Translations under genes and position numbers: made by a program
Notes under the pieces: generated by a model
Database searches by the model: none
The model's input: only the letters and a program-made list of their open reading frames with translations
What the model was told of the DNA's origin: nothing
Shown: one piece after another, positions 18,103-28,326 of the stretch
Layout of the letters: the number at the start of each line of letters is the position of its first letter
Position numbering within the stretch: position 1 is the first letter of the stretch
From: an uncultured Candidatus Kuenenia sp.
Lineage (GTDB): Bacteria; Planctomycetota; Planctomycetia; Pirellulales; UBA1268
DNA length: 64,000 bases
Assembly: GCA_964545915.1 (NCBI GenBank)
Contig: CAZJHQ010000013.1
Location: 1,572-65,571, forward strand
Direction of reading: 5' to 3'

Positions 18103-19956
18103 TCAACTTCCGATCACTTCGCGGATCGCCGCGAGCCGCTCTTGCAGGTGGGACCGGCCGCCGGGCTGGCCCACCTTCTCCTTCCAATGGTCGGGGAGGA
18201 ACCGCTTCTCCGTGCATTCGAGCACGGCGGCGATCTCCTGCATCTCCTTCTCCAGGCCCTGCGCGGAAGGCATGAAGTCGTCGAGCGCGGCCTTCAGGTC
18301 CTCGGCCGTGATCATGGCGGGCGCCGGCTGGCCCGCGTCGGCGGCCCGGTCGAGGCCCTTGCGCCGCGCGGCGAGCACGATGCTCTCGATGTCGGCGCCG
18401 GACAGGCCGAGCGCAAGGTCCACCGGCCCCGGCAGGCCGGGAGCCAGCGGCACGCGACACTTCCGCGCCATCGCCGTGAACATGGCGTCGATCTCGGCCT
18501 GATCGTGCGGATAGAAGAGCGGGATGTGCACCTCCGCCCTCCCCTGCCGCTTGAGGTCGATCGGCAGCAGGTCGGGGCGGCTCGTGAGCAGCATCCACAC
18601 GATCTTGCCGCGGTAGCGGGTGTCGCCCATCTGCCGGGCGATCATCGAGAACACGCGGGCCGACGTGCCGGAATCACCCCCCTGCTCCCGGTTGCCGAGG
18701 GCCGCATCGGCCTCGTCGATGATCACGACGACGGGCCCGAGGCTGCGGAGGACGTCGAGGGCGTGCTCGAGATTGCCCTCCGTCTCACCCACATACTTGC
18801 TGCGGAAGTTCTTGAGCACCGCACACGGGATGCCGACCGAGCCGGCATAGCATTCGGCGATGAAACTCTTGCCGGTGCCGACCGGGCCGCAGATCAGGTA
18901 GCCCATCGGGGCGCTCTCGAACTGGCCACGCCGGATCGCCCGGGCATCGGCCTGGAGCCGGTCCTTGGCGGCCTCGTGGCCGGCGACGGCGTCGAGCGTG
19001 AGCCGCGGCTGGATGAACTCCACCAGCCCGTGGCACGACCGCTCGATGAGGTCCTTTTTCTTGGCGGCGAACTCCGGGCCGTCCGGAGGGCTGCCCTCCC
19101 GGGCGGAGAGGGCGATCACGGCCCGCAGGCTCTCGAGCGTCAGGCCAGCCGAGAGGGCGGCCGCCCGCTTCACCGCGTCGGTCCGCTCCGCCGGCATGCC
19201 CACGGCGGCGGCGGCGGCCAGGGCGAACCGCTCCCGCTCCGCCCCGTCGGGCAGGGGCACGTCGATCGCCGTCACCGCCGGATTTGCGACCAGCCGCGGA
19301 TGCATCTCGGCGAGCGCGTCGGTCAGCAGAACGACCGCCACGTTCACCCGCCGCAGCAAGGGATTGGTCGCCCACGCCAGGATTCTCACCAGCCGCCCGG
19401 CGCCGCCTCGGGCACCGGCCGCGGCGTCGCCCGCCGGCGCCAGATACTGCGCGTAGTCGAGCACCACGGCGATCCGCTTCCGCTGCTCCGGCGGGTCGAT
19501 GAGATTTCGCTCCAGGATCGCGTCGATCGCGGCGATCGCCTGGTCGGGATCGCGCGGCCAGTTTGCGGCGTTGCCCAGCCGCTCGGTGAGCCACTGGGCC
19601 ATCGTGCGCAGCCGCGTCGGGTCGGAGCCGGCCAGGGGGCGGAGGCCCTTGCCGACGTCGTAGCCAAGGACGACGTCCCAACGACCGAACATCTCCCGGG
19701 AGAGAAACTCGGGCACGGTGCCCCAGGCGTCGGCCGCCCCCTTGCCGTCGGCGGGCAGAGCCGCGACGGGCACGAGGTCGCGGACGTTTCCGTGCAGCAT
19801 GAAAACGCAACTCGTGCCGGAGAGATAGGCATCGCCCAGCCGCTCCGCCCATGCCGGACACCAGTCCGGAAGCGCCGCCGCGGCCGCGGCGGCCGGCACG
19901 GTGCCCAGCCCGGAGGCGGGGGGCGGGCTTGCTGACTGGGAGATCTGATTCGTCAC
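18103..19956 (-). CDS. AAA+ ATPase (degenerate N-terminal plus intact C-terminal AAA module)
   Basis: Walker A GPVGTGKS, Walker B VIIDEAD and SRH TSRPDLLPIDLKRQGR. The N-terminal half has MLHGNVRD and VVLDYAQY. Confidence 0.88.
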   Translation of the reverse strand: MTNQISQSASPPPASGLGTVPAAAAAAALPDWCPAWAERLGDAYLSGTSCVFMLHGNVRDLVPVAALPADGKGAADAWGTVPEFLSREMFGRWDVVLGYDVGKGLRPLAGSDPTRLRTMAQWLTERLGNAANWPRDPDQAIAAIDAILERNLIDPPEQRKRIAVVLDYAQYLAPAGDAAAGARGGAGRLVRILAWATNPLLRRVNVAVVLLTDALAEMHPRLVANPAVTAIDVPLPDGAERERFALAAAAAVGMPAERTDAVKRAAALSAGLTLESLRAVIALSAREGSPPDGPEFAAKKKDLIERSCHGLVEFIQPRLTLDAVAGHEAAKDRLQADARAIRRGQFESAPMGYLICGPVGTGKSFIAECYAGSVGIPCAVLKNFRSKYVGETEGNLEHALDVLRSLGPVVVIIDEADAALGNREQGGDSGTSARVFSMIARQMGDTRYRGKIVWMLLTSRPDLLPIDLKRQGRAEVHIPLFYPHDQAEIDAMFTAMARKCRVPLAPGLPGPVDLALGLSGADIESIVLAARRKGLDRAADAGQPAPAMITAEDLKAALDDFMPSAQGLEKEMQEIAAVLECTEKRFLPDHWKEKVGQPGGRSHLQERLAAIREVIGS

Positions 19957-19996
19957 GAGCGACTCACCGCAGGAGGGAAGCGGGCCACGAACCGCG

Positions 19997-20746
19997 TCAG
20001 CCCGCGGTTTGCCTGAGTCGGTCGGTCCCGAGTTCCTTGTCGTCGGCCTTCACGCCGGCGGTCTCCGGGGTGACCATCCCCATCTCGATCTCGAACTCGC
20101 GCAGGGCGTTGTCGGCCATCGCCTTCTCGACCGCCTCCTCGCGTTTGATGTCCTCGAGCCCTTCGCCCGACAGATCGGCGGCCACCCTGACCTTCGCCCG
20201 ATTGAGGCCGATCTTGTCCTGGATCACGTCCTCGATCTGGCCGAAGTCGGTGGTGATGTCGAAGTTGAAGCTCTGGGCAAGCTTGGCGAGCTCCGCCTCG
20301 GCCCGCGAGAGCTTCAGATCGGCGTCGTATTTGGCGATCTTGTTCTTGAGTTCCGAAAGCTTCTTGGTGGCGTGCTTCACCTTGGTGACATTGTTGTTGT
20401 AAGCGGTCTCGTGCATCTTGAGCTGGGACTCGTTCTCGGCGAGCTCCTTCTTCGCCTTTTGCAGCTCGAGGGCGAACTTCGACGCCGTCTCCCGTTCCCC
20501 CGCCTGGAGGTAGGCCTTGATGCGGGCCTCGAGCGAGGCGACGTGCTGCCGGTCACCATTCACCTGGCGGGTGACCCGCTCGACGAGGGCCCGGTACTGC
20601 TCCAGCCCCTCGCGGCCGTCCTTCATCTGATCGACGGCTTTGTCGTATTCATATTGCAGCTGGGCGATCGGATCGGCGGTCCAGAAGAAGTTGGCGATCT
20701 TGTTCATCTGGGCCGCGAGGGCCTTCCAGAGTTTCCCGAGGATCAT
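19997..20746 (-). CDS. PspA/IM30 (ESCRT-III-like) family protein
   Basis: N-terminal amphipathic helix, DPIAQLQYEY motif, long coiled coil and C-terminal ALREFE helix. Confidence 0.75.
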   Translation of the reverse strand: MILGKLWKALAAQMNKIANFFWTADPIAQLQYEYDKAVDQMKDGREGLEQYRALVERVTRQVNGDRQHVASLEARIKAYLQAGERETASKFALELQKAKKELAENESQLKMHETAYNNNVTKVKHATKKLSELKNKIAKYDADLKLSRAEAELAKLAQSFNFDITTDFGQIEDVIQDKIGLNRAKVRVAADLSGEGLEDIKREEAVEKAMADNALREFEIEMGMVTPETAGVKADDKELGTDRLRQTAG

Positions 20747-20894
20747 CGGCGGTTCTCCGTTGCGAAGGGGCCGGGTGGCCGGATGGCTGGCGGCGGATCT
20801 TTGGCGGATCTTTACAGTAAGGTTTGATACCGGTGCCGCCAGGGTCCGTCAAACGTCCCGCAGCATCCGCGTCACCCGCCGAAAGGAGGCCCCC

Positions 20895-22427
20895 GTGCCA
20901 CGTCCTTCCCGCCGTCGCTTCCTGGGCACGTCGACCCTGGCCGGAGCGGGCTATTTCGTGGCCGCCGGCAGCCGCCGGGCCTGGTCGCAGGCGGCCTCTG
21001 AGCGGCCCACGGTCGCCTGCATCGGCGTCGGCGGCAAGGGGGGCAGTGACGCCGACAACGCCGCGCTGTTCGGCGACGTGATCGCGATCTGCGACGTCGA
21101 CCGCAAGACGCTGGAGAGCAAGGGCAACGGCGAGAAGTTCAAGGCGGCCGAACGGTTCACCGACTATCGCGAACTGCTCGCGAAGCACGGAAAAAAGATC
21201 GACATCTGCGTCGTCAGCACCCCTGACCACATGCACGGCCCGATCACGCTCGACGCCATGCGGCTGGGGATCAGCTGCTACACCCAGAAGCCGCTCACCC
21301 GCACGATCTACGAGGCCCGCCTGCTGGCGCGGGTCGCCGCCGAGATGGCCGGCAAGGGGGTCTGCACCCAGATGGGCAACCAGGGCACGGCCCTGCCGTC
21401 GTCGCGGGAAGCGATCGCCCAGCTTCGCTCCGGCGTGCTCGGTCCGATCCGGGAGGTCTACGCCTGGTCGAATCGCCCCGTCTGGGCCCAGGGCCCCGGG
21501 CGGCGGATGAACCTGCGCAAGTACCAGGCGCAGGCGATGGCCGAGATCGAGGAGACGGAGGAGCCGGACGCCTCGGCCGAGGACGTCGCGGGGATCGTCG
21601 CCGAGTTCGTGAAGAAGAAGCGGCAGGAAATCGACAAGGCGCTCGGGCAGCTCGACTGGAAGGCCTGGCTGGGCGTGGCGCCGTTCCGGGAATACTGGCC
21701 CGGTCTGTACCACGCCTTCCAGCACCGCGGCTGGTGGGACTTCGGCACCGGCGCCCTGGGCGACATGGCCTGCCACATCCTCACCGTGCCCTTCGCCGCC
21801 TGCGGCCTCCGCGATCCGATTTCGGTGGTCGCCCGCACGACGGGCCATGATTTCGACAGCTTCCCGGCGAGTTCGGTGATCAAGTTCGAGTTCCCGGCGA
21901 CGGCCGAGCGGCCGGCGATCCCGTTCTGGTGGTACGACCGCAAGGGCAACAAGCCGCCGGCCGGGGTATTCGCGAAGTGGGGCATCGACAAGGTCGCCGA
22001 CAGGGGCGTGCTCGTGATCGGCGAGAAGGGAGCCTTCTATTCCAGCGACGACTACTGCGGGAAGTACGAACTCAAGGGCGTGGAGAAGGTGCAGGCCGAC
22101 TACGAGCCGGCCGAGGACACCGGCAAGGGCAACGACGCCAACAACATGTTCGAGTTGTTCCGCGCCAAGCAGGCGGGCGACCCGAAGATCGCCAGGTCGA
22201 ACTTCATCGACCGCGCCGGACCACTCACCGAGACGATCCTGCTGGGCAATCTCGCCGTCTGGACCGCCGCCCGGGGAGGCGAGGGAGGCGCGATGGGCGA
22301 CTGGGGCGAAAAGGTGGAGTGGAACGCCAAGAACCTGCAGGTCACGAACCTCGCCGCCCTCAAGACACGCCGCGTGGCCGATCTGGTCAAGCCCACGTAT
22401 CCCGCCGGCTACACGCTCGACACCTGA
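20895..22427 (+). CDS. Gfo/Idh/MocA oxidoreductase, Tat signal
   Basis: AAGGAGG SD with GTG start; SRRRFL, IGVGGKG, STPDHMH, YTQKPL and GDMACH motifs. Confidence 0.9.
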   Translation: MPRPSRRRFLGTSTLAGAGYFVAAGSRRAWSQAASERPTVACIGVGGKGGSDADNAALFGDVIAICDVDRKTLESKGNGEKFKAAERFTDYRELLAKHGKKIDICVVSTPDHMHGPITLDAMRLGISCYTQKPLTRTIYEARLLARVAAEMAGKGVCTQMGNQGTALPSSREAIAQLRSGVLGPIREVYAWSNRPVWAQGPGRRMNLRKYQAQAMAEIEETEEPDASAEDVAGIVAEFVKKKRQEIDKALGQLDWKAWLGVAPFREYWPGLYHAFQHRGWWDFGTGALGDMACHILTVPFAACGLRDPISVVARTTGHDFDSFPASSVIKFEFPATAERPAIPFWWYDRKGNKPPAGVFAKWGIDKVADRGVLVIGEKGAFYSSDDYCGKYELKGVEKVQADYEPAEDTGKGNDANNMFELFRAKQAGDPKIARSNFIDRAGPLTETILLGNLAVWTAARGGEGGAMGDWGEKVEWNAKNLQVTNLAALKTRRVADLVKPTYPAGYTLDT

Positions 22428-22663
22428 CATCCGGCTTTGGAGGCATCCATGCAGAGAATGAGTGCGGCGACGCTGTCGACGGGGCGGCTGTTCGTGGCGG
22501 CATGGCTGGGCTGCGCCGTCGCCTGCCCGCCGGCCGGAGACCGCCGCTCTTCGCCCCATCACAAGCCACGCGCCACCCCCGCGGGCTCTTCCGCGCAGGA
22601 CCTCCGGGAGGCCTGGGGGAAATGCGGCGTCTGAGGCGTTTACCGCCGCCGTGATCGGGGCCG

Positions 22664-24400
22664 TTGAGTTTAGGACCAAAGCCACGGCCGCAATGTGTCG
22701 ATTGTATGAGTCGAGTTGCTTGCGCCGACTGTAGCAGTCGGGGCGGCGGTCCCGATTTCGTCAACCAGGGCGACATTTTCAGCATGAATCGTGTGTTGTC
22801 TGGCCTGATCGCTGGTCGACCTCGGTGGCGCGGGGCGCGGGGGTCGGCGGCGGGATGGCTCCTTGCGGCCGTTGCCTGCGGTGCAGCTCTGGTGGCGCTC
22901 GAGAGGCCCGGGCATGGCATCGAGTTCGCGACACTGCTCGACGAAGCTGCCGACGAACCAGCCGCCATCGTCGGTCCCTCGGCACTCTTCGATCCGGATC
23001 TGCTGCTCGCCCAGCAGATCCAGGATCCGGCCATCGAGACCGTCGACGAGATGACCCGTCGCGGTAGCGGTGGCGGCAGCGGTGGCGGCGACAGGAGTTC
23101 CCTTGGCGAGCAGGTTCGCGAGCGGTGGGACAAGATCCGCGATCCGGCCATCGAGACGGTCGACGAGCAGACCCGCAAGAAGGACGACAAAGACAAAAAA
23201 GACGACAAGAAAGAAAAAAAGAAGAAGGAGTGGTACGACCGGATCAACATCCGCGGCTACACGCAGTTTCGCATCAACAGCGTGCTCTGGGACGACGAGG
23301 ATCTCGCGCCCCCATACCTGCCGGGCGACCGCTCGGTGGCGCCGCTCAACCACTTCTTCATCCGCCGCTGTCGACTGATCTTCTCCGGTGACCTGAGCGA
23401 TCGACTGTTCTTCTACATCCAGCCCGATCTGGCGGGCACCGTGCCGGGGGCCCCGGAAGGGGCGATCAACTATCTGCAGCTCCGGGACTGCTACGGCGAC
23501 GTGTATCTCACGACCAACAAGGTGCACCGGGCGCGGGTCGGTCTGTCGAAGATTCCCTACGGCTGGGAGAACATGCAGTCGAGCTCCAATCGCATTCCGC
23601 TCGACCGCAGTGACTCGATGAACAGCGCCGTGCTGGGCGAGCGGCAATTGGGCGTCATCTATTACTGGACGCCCGAGTACGCACAGGACCTCTACAAGGA
23701 GGTGCTCGACGAGGGCCTGAAGGGCTCGGGCAACTACGGCGTGTTCGGCATCGGCGTCTACAACGGGCAGGGCGTGTCGAAGGCCGAGGCCAACAACAAC
23801 ATGCACATGGTGATGCGGCTCAGCTCACCGTGGAAGATGCCGGGCGGGCAAATCATGGAAGCGGGGGTGCAGGCCTACACCGGCCGCTACTCGTCTTACA
23901 CCGGGCCGATCGTCACCACGACCGGCACCGTCACGCCCGTCATCGAGCCACCGAACGGCGTCGTCGACGAGCGGATCGGGGCCACGTTCGTCTACTACCC
24001 GCAGCCGCTCGGATTCGTCACCGAATGGAACACGGGCAACGGCCCGGAACTCGGCCCGGTGAACCCGCCGACCCGCCCGGTGATCTCCAGCCAGCCGTTG
24101 TCGGGCGGCTACATCCTCGTGAACTACAAGATCGACAGCGAGAAATACGGCACGATTTTCCCCTACTTCCGCTGGCAGACCTATCGCGGCGGCTATCTCT
24201 GGGAACGCAACTCCCCGGCCACCTACCAGGGCAACTTCAACCTGGGCATGGAGTGGCAATTCACGCCCCAGATGGAGCTCACCTGGGAATACGCCTGGGT
24301 GAACCAGACGAACACCGGCTCCAACTACAAGATCATCAATGGCCAATTCGCCCAGTTCCAGGGCGACCTGCTCCGCTTCCAGTTCCAGATCAACTACTAG
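22664..24400 (+). CDS. Outer-membrane porin (OprO/OprP-like); start uncertain
   Basis: NIRGYTQFR, FFIRRCRLIFSG, YIQPD, GLSKIPYGWEN..SS.NR..LDRS and terminal FQFQINY. Confidence 0.75.
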   Translation: MSLGPKPRPQCVDCMSRVACADCSSRGGGPDFVNQGDIFSMNRVLSGLIAGRPRWRGARGSAAGWLLAAVACGAALVALERPGHGIEFATLLDEAADEPAAIVGPSALFDPDLLLAQQIQDPAIETVDEMTRRGSGGGSGGGDRSSLGEQVRERWDKIRDPAIETVDEQTRKKDDKDKKDDKKEKKKKEWYDRINIRGYTQFRINSVLWDDEDLAPPYLPGDRSVAPLNHFFIRRCRLIFSGDLSDRLFFYIQPDLAGTVPGAPEGAINYLQLRDCYGDVYLTTNKVHRARVGLSKIPYGWENMQSSSNRIPLDRSDSMNSAVLGERQLGVIYYWTPEYAQDLYKEVLDEGLKGSGNYGVFGIGVYNGQGVSKAEANNNMHMVMRLSSPWKMPGGQIMEAGVQAYTGRYSSYTGPIVTTTGTVTPVIEPPNGVVDERIGATFVYYPQPLGFVTEWNTGNGPELGPVNPPTRPVISSQPLSGGYILVNYKIDSEKYGTIFPYFRWQTYRGGYLWERNSPATYQGNFNLGMEWQFTPQMELTWEYAWVNQTNTGSNYKIINGQFAQFQGDLLRFQFQINY

Positions 24401-24520
24401 TTGTCCGTGGAAAAAGCCCTCCGTGGCCTTTTTCCACTTGATCGACCGCAGGAAACGCCGAGGGTTTCCTGGGTCGATGGCCATCGCATCCTGCTCGGGC
24501 AGACTTTTTCCACAGCCTAA
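24397..24520. repeat. MITE/REP-like palindromic element, copy 2
   Basis: Terminal inverted repeats CCGTGGAAAAAG...CTTTTTCCACAG; begins at the porin stop codon. Confidence 0.75.
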
Positions 24521-24634
24521 TGGCTGGCGAAGTCTGCCGCCGCTGGATGCGGCGACAGCTGCCCACCCGGTACACTACCGGTTCAGCGCCGATCGGCGCA
24601 TGAATCCCCCGCAGCCTGGTACGGAGACGCCCCC

Positions 24635-25972
24635 ATGTGGCCCGCCGCCTTGCGTCAGCGATGGCCGAGACCGCTCGTTGTCGCCCTCGCCGTCGCTGCA
24701 AGCATGCACGGCGCTGCCAGCGGCGAGAACTGGCCCCAGTGGCGGGGCCCAAGGGGCGACGGCATCTCGCAGGCGAAGGGCCTGCCGGCCACATGGTCGA
24801 AGTCGAAGAACGTCGCCTGGCGGACGCCGCTTCCAGGCCGCGCCGGCGCCACGCCGTGCGTCTGGGACGACCGCATCTACCTGACGAGCAACGAGGGGGA
24901 CGATCTCGTGCTCCTCTGCGTGGCGGCGGGCGACGGGAAGATTCTCTGGAAGAGAAAGGTGGCCGGCGGCAATCGGGACGCCCGCTCGGGCGAGGGCAAC
25001 TCCGCCTCCCCTTCCCCGTCCACCGACGGCAAACACGTCTGGGTTTTCTTCAGCACGGGCGTGCTCGCCTGCTATTCGCGGGAAGGCGCCGAGGTCTGGA
25101 AGTTCGACGTGGCCGACCGATTCGGCAGGATCGACATCCAGTTCGGGATGACCTCGACTCCGGTGCTCGACGGCGACGCCCTCTACCTCCAGCTCATCCA
25201 CGGCGCGATGAAGCTCGGCGACCAGACCCGCACGGGCAAGGTGGTCAAGCTCGACAAGGCGACCGGCCGGACGATCTGGGAGGTCGATCGCGTCACCGAC
25301 GCGCAGTTCGAGTGCAAGCACTCCTACGCCTCTCCCGTCCTCTACCGCCATGACGGCCGCGAGTTCCTCGTCGTGCATGGGGCCGACTGCACGACCGGCC
25401 ACGCGCTCGACGATGGCCGCGAGCTGTGGCGGTTCGGGGGGCTCAACGGCCCCACCGTCACCAATCCCAAGGCCAACGACAACACGTTCCGATTCGTCTC
25501 CTCCCCGGCGATCGCCCCGGGCACGATCGTGATCCCCACGGCCAAAGGAGGCCCGACGGTCGCGATCCGCGTGAACGACGAACTGCAGGGAGACTGCTCC
25601 ACGAAGCCGGCGGTCGTCCGTTGGGTCAACCCGCTCACGCCCGACGTGAGCATCCCGCTCATCGCCGACGGACTCGTCTACCTCTTGCACAAGGATGGCA
25701 AGCTGCAGTGCGTGGACCTCGAGACGGGCAAGGATGTCTACGTCCAGCGGACCCATACCGGGCAGCACCGCACCAGCCCGCTGCTTGTCGAGGGGCGGAT
25801 CTCCTTCGGGTCCAACGACGGATGGATTTCGGTAGTCAAGGCCGGCCGCGAGTTCGAGCTGCTCGACTCCGTCGATCTCGGCGGCGAAGCCGTCACCGCC
25901 TCGCTTTTCGTCGCCAACGGCACGCTTTACGTGCGGAGCTACGAGGCGCTCTATGCCATCCGGCAGGAGTGA
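24635..25972 (+). CDS. PQQ-like beta-propeller repeat protein (BamB-like, planctomycete type)
   Basis: Signal peptide, ENWPQWRGPRGDG, ASPSPSTDG and SYASPV repeats. Confidence 0.88.
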   Translation: MWPAALRQRWPRPLVVALAVAASMHGAASGENWPQWRGPRGDGISQAKGLPATWSKSKNVAWRTPLPGRAGATPCVWDDRIYLTSNEGDDLVLLCVAAGDGKILWKRKVAGGNRDARSGEGNSASPSPSTDGKHVWVFFSTGVLACYSREGAEVWKFDVADRFGRIDIQFGMTSTPVLDGDALYLQLIHGAMKLGDQTRTGKVVKLDKATGRTIWEVDRVTDAQFECKHSYASPVLYRHDGREFLVVHGADCTTGHALDDGRELWRFGGLNGPTVTNPKANDNTFRFVSSPAIAPGTIVIPTAKGGPTVAIRVNDELQGDCSTKPAVVRWVNPLTPDVSIPLIADGLVYLLHKDGKLQCVDLETGKDVYVQRTHTGQHRTSPLLVEGRISFGSNDGWISVVKAGREFELLDSVDLGGEAVTASLFVANGTLYVRSYEALYAIRQE

Positions 25973-26567
25973 CCCCGCGGGCGTCTGGCTTTCTTCCCTC
26001 GACGCGGCGACTGCCTGGCGACGCATCGCCGACTCGCTCGCCGCCGCGGCCGGCTCGTCACGCCACCCTTTCCATCTGCTCTCGTTGGCGACCGTGAACG
26101 CCGACGGAGCGGCCGAGGCGAGAACGGTCGTGCTCCGCGGCTTTGATGAACCGAAACGGGAGGTTCGGTTCCATACCGACGCCCGCAGCGGCAAGGCGGC
26201 GGCCATCCGCCGTGACGCCCGCGTTAGCCTCCACTGGTATGCCCCCGAAATGAAGCTCCAGATCCGGATTCCCGCGACCGCGTCGATCCACCATGCCGAT
26301 GACATCGCGCTGCACGCCTGGCGGGCCTCACCGCCGATGAGCCGCGCCTGCTACACGGCGGCCCATGCCCCGGGAGAGCCACTGGCGTCGTTTCCCGCGG
26401 CTCCATCGGCACCGGCCGCAGGCGACGACACCGGGCTCGCGAACTTCTGCGTCGTGCGGTGCCGTTTCGACTCGGTCGAACTGCTCACCCTCCACGCCGC
26501 GGGCCACGAGCGGGTGCGAATCGACGTCGCCTCAACCCCCGTCACATGGACGATTCTCGCCCCTTGA
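25953..26567 (+). CDS. Pyridoxamine 5'-phosphate oxidase-family FMN-binding protein
   Basis: ARTVVLR, FHTDARSGK and QIRI motifs. Confidence 0.8.
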   Translation: MPSGRSDPAGVWLSSLDAATAWRRIADSLAAAAGSSRHPFHLLSLATVNADGAAEARTVVLRGFDEPKREVRFHTDARSGKAAAIRRDARVSLHWYAPEMKLQIRIPATASIHHADDIALHAWRASPPMSRACYTAAHAPGEPLASFPAAPSAPAAGDDTGLANFCVVRCRFDSVELLTLHAAGHERVRIDVASTPVTWTILAP

Positions 26568-26599
26568 GGCAGCTCGATGCTGCACGCCTGGGGAGCCGG

Positions 26600-26829
26600 T
26601 TGGCGATCACTGCCGCGTGGGTCGAGCCCTTCAAGCGGTTCACGGCCAACCTGCAGTGGTAACTCATGGCGGTGGCCTGCGGCAGCCGCAGCTTTCTTGA
26701 GACTTCGGACAAAATCTCGGCGCCCGTCAGCGTCGGATGTCGCTCGCGGTAAAGTTCCACGATGGCCTCGCCGACGCCGCGGGATGCCACCGCTCCAAGC
26801 ACCACGTTGGCATCGAGGACGACCTTCAA
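26600..26829 (-). pseudogene. Degraded PIN-domain toxin (TTG start, truncated/deleted)
   Basis: LKVVLDANVVLGAVASRG..AEILSEV is the N-terminus of a PIN family; no intact C-terminus follows. The 3' boundary is approximate. Confidence 0.55.
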
Positions 26830-27044
26830 GAACGGGCCGTGAACAAGCCTTCGTCGGCGAGCAGTCCCTGCACCTCGACGCAGGGGCGAACCTTTCTGCG
26901 GATTCCCCGAAACCGCTCGCCGGTTAAGTGCCGGGACAGTAGGCAAATCCGCCACGCCGGCCCCCCACCGACAATAAGGTGACGGCGCAGCGTGTCTTCG
27001 CGAACAGTGTCCAGGCATTCGCGGAGCCGAGGCCGAACGGGCAC
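26826..27044 (-). pseudogene. Degraded CopG/RHH-type antitoxin upstream of the PIN remnant
   Basis: C-terminus RFRGIRRKVRPCVEVQGLLADEGLF resembles antitoxins paired with this PIN family; TTGA overlap with the toxin start. Confidence 0.45.
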
Positions 27045-27315
27045 CGGGAAAATCAGGATCGCGTGGACGGCGAGATTCCCAAGACCGTTGACGCTGGCGA
27101 GCCTGGCAGGCCTCCTCGCCGCGAGAGACTCTGGCGGGGGGCAAGCCCTCGGCCCCGACCGGCCACGACGGCGGGCGGGCTGGCCGGCCTGGAAAAGCGA
27201 CCTTGGTTTTTCGGCCGCGAAAACGGTCCGTTGCCCGTGATCGGCCTGGCGCTCGCTTTACAGGATAGAGAACCGCATGGTGCGAGACTCACTATCCAAG
27301 AAGGAGCAGGCGATC

Positions 27316-28326
27316 ATGGGCGGCATTGCAACGACTTCCCTGGACTCGGCGGCCAGGCCGGGGCGGCTTTTGGACCGGATTCGGCACGCGGCACGGTTGC
27401 GGCATTTGGCGACCAGCACCGAGAAGGCCTACGTGCACTGGGCGAAGCGGTTCGTGCTTTTTCACGGCCGCAGGCATCCGCAGGACATGGCTGAACCAGA
27501 GGTCAACGCCTTCCTGACACACCTGGCCGTCCACGAGCACGTCGCGGCTTCGACGCAGAACCAGGCCTTGGCGGCATTGCTTTTCCTGTACGCGAAAGTT
27601 CTCGGCCGGCCTCTGGAGCGCATGGAAGGCATCGTCCGTGCAAAACGGCCCAAGCGGCTGCCGGCCGTCCTCACGCCAGACGAGGTGCGTCGTGTTCTGG
27701 AATGCATGACCGGGGAGCACTGGCTGGTGGCCATGCTGCTGTACGGCGCCGGGCTGCGGCTCCTTGAGGCCCTACGATTGCGGGTCAAGGACATCGACAT
27801 GACGCACAACGTCCTCACGATCCGGGAGGCCAAAGGCAACAAGGACCGGGTCACCGTGCTTCCCTCCTGCCTGCGGGATCCGCTCGGCCGGCATCTCCAG
27901 CACCGTAGGCGGCAGCACGTGGCGGAGGTTGAAGCCGGTCGGGGCCGCGTGATGCTGCCCAAAGCCTTCGCGCGCAAGCATCCGAATGCCGAACTGGACT
28001 GGGCCTGGCAATGGGTGTTCACCGGCAAGAGTGACTTTCGTGACCGTGAAACGGGCCGCTTTTACCGCCATCACATCCACGAGACGGTGATTCAGCGGGC
28101 GGTTCGCGAGGCAGTGATCCGCGCGGGAGTCGAGCGGCGGGCGACCTGCCATACGCTGCGACACTCGTTCGCGACCCATCTCCTCCAGGATGGGGCCGAC
28201 ATCCGCACGGTGCAGGATCTCCTGGGCCACAACGACGTGAAGACGACGATGATCTACACGCACGTGCTCAACCGCGGAGGCGTGTCTGTTCGCAGCCCGG
28301 CGGACCGATTGGGGCTGGGGCAATGA
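27316..28326 (+). CDS. intI: Integron integrase
   Basis: [36 protein letters not shown] and [12 protein letters not shown], plus the IntI-specific insert [32 protein letters not shown]. Confidence 0.95.
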   Translation: MGGIATTSLDSAARPGRLLDRIRHAARLRHLATSTEKAYVHWAKRFVLFHGRRHPQDMAEPEVNAFLTHLAVHEHVAASTQNQALAALLFLYAKVLGRPLERMEGIVRAKRPKRLPAVLTPDEVRRVLECMTGEHWLVAMLLYGAGLRLLEALRLRVKDIDMTHNVLTIREAKGNKDRVTVLPSCLRDPLGRHLQHRRRQHVAEVEAGRGRVMLPKAFARKHPNAELDWAWQWVFTGKSDFRDRETGRFYRHHIHETVIQRAVREAVIRAGVERRATCHTLRHSFATHLLQDGADIRTVQDLLGHNDVKTTMIYTHVLNRGGVSVRSPADRLGLGQ

